A DNA stretch of 62,574 nt, counting the filler, from Nemertoderma westbladi (Eukaryota > Animalia > Xenacoelomorpha), in NCBI GenBank assembly GCA_032718475.1. It is 3 parts of 3 records of this genome, joined end to end, with 100 filler letters (N's around TTAATTAATTAA, not from the genome) between each part and the next. Parts side by side here need not be neighbours in the genome. Positions count along the whole stretch, not along the records: positions 46,271 to 62,574 come from JAUCBJ010004590.1; 2 more parts are not named here. One strand, given 5' to 3'. Positions 61,994-62,574 of this stretch are shown here, one piece after another. Positions within the stretch are counted from its first letter, which is position 1. The number at the start of each line of letters is the position of its first letter. The notes below the pieces were generated by a model. The model searched no databases. It saw only the letters and a program-made list of their open reading frames with translations, and had not been told where the DNA came from. The position numbers were made by a program, and so were the translations under genes.

Positions 61994-62574
61994 TCTTTAA
62001 TTATGGTATCCCAACTACGTTGAGGACAACGTACAAACTGGGCACTAAGGGTCTACTACCAACAAACCTAAGGTGAATGATGATGTAGCAATTACCGGTA
62101 AATATTAACGGACTTACTTGAAAATCACTGCTTATATAGCACTAAATCTAATATAAATCTAATCAATAATAAATAAATAAAATAATAAATAATTAAAATA
62201 AATAAATAAATATTAATTTATTTAGCTTTAATAGTTTATATTACCCCTCCCCCGTGCTTCCTTTTACTTTGCAACACAGCCTAGCTGTATTTGCACAAGG
62301 TTTTGGGCTGTATAATACTGATAGAAGGCATTGAATGCTATATAGAGATATATCATTCTACGTAGAAGGCTATCTTAGTTCTCTATAAATCTCCCTAGCA
62401 TCCAATCGATTGCCGTCATCGTTTGCTTAACACACCTCTTTGCTATCATATGCCCTCGGTCTATACTCATGATAAATTTACTCTCACCAGTCACCCCGCA
62501 TCGTACACTTCACCTCGCACTTTGTTGGTCCCCAGTTATTAACTATTTCTCTAGTTATGACGTAGTTTTGTTGC

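Overview
AT-rich animal (invertebrate-type) genomic window with GT-AG introns and two artificial scaffold gaps. No prokaryotic systems or CRISPR arrays are present. Host genes are a 5-exon Gfi1/Senseless-family zinc-finger gene (minus), a tandemly duplicated cyclophilin (one intact 4-exon copy with a probable mitochondrial presequence, one nonsense-bearing copy), a signal-peptide + Ig-domain gene cut by that duplication junction, SEC11 signal peptidase (plus), and damaged exons at the right end. The rest is mostly mobile DNA: two RTE-like LINE families with TSDs, a young 5'-truncated LINE in the cyclophilin promoter, tRNA-derived SINEs, two solo-LTR-like inserts, Helentron/DINE-like elements, a 9-kb nest of non-autonomous DNA transposons, and a ~9.5-kb 36-39 bp satellite with higher-order structure. 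The best leads are the SNAG-less Gfi1 with eh1 and PxDLS corepressor motifs, a candidate HDV-like ribozyme at 24012-24070, and the cyclophilin/Ig duplication junction. I found no convincing wholly new multi-gene system. Splice models and folds were worked out by eye and need confirmation.
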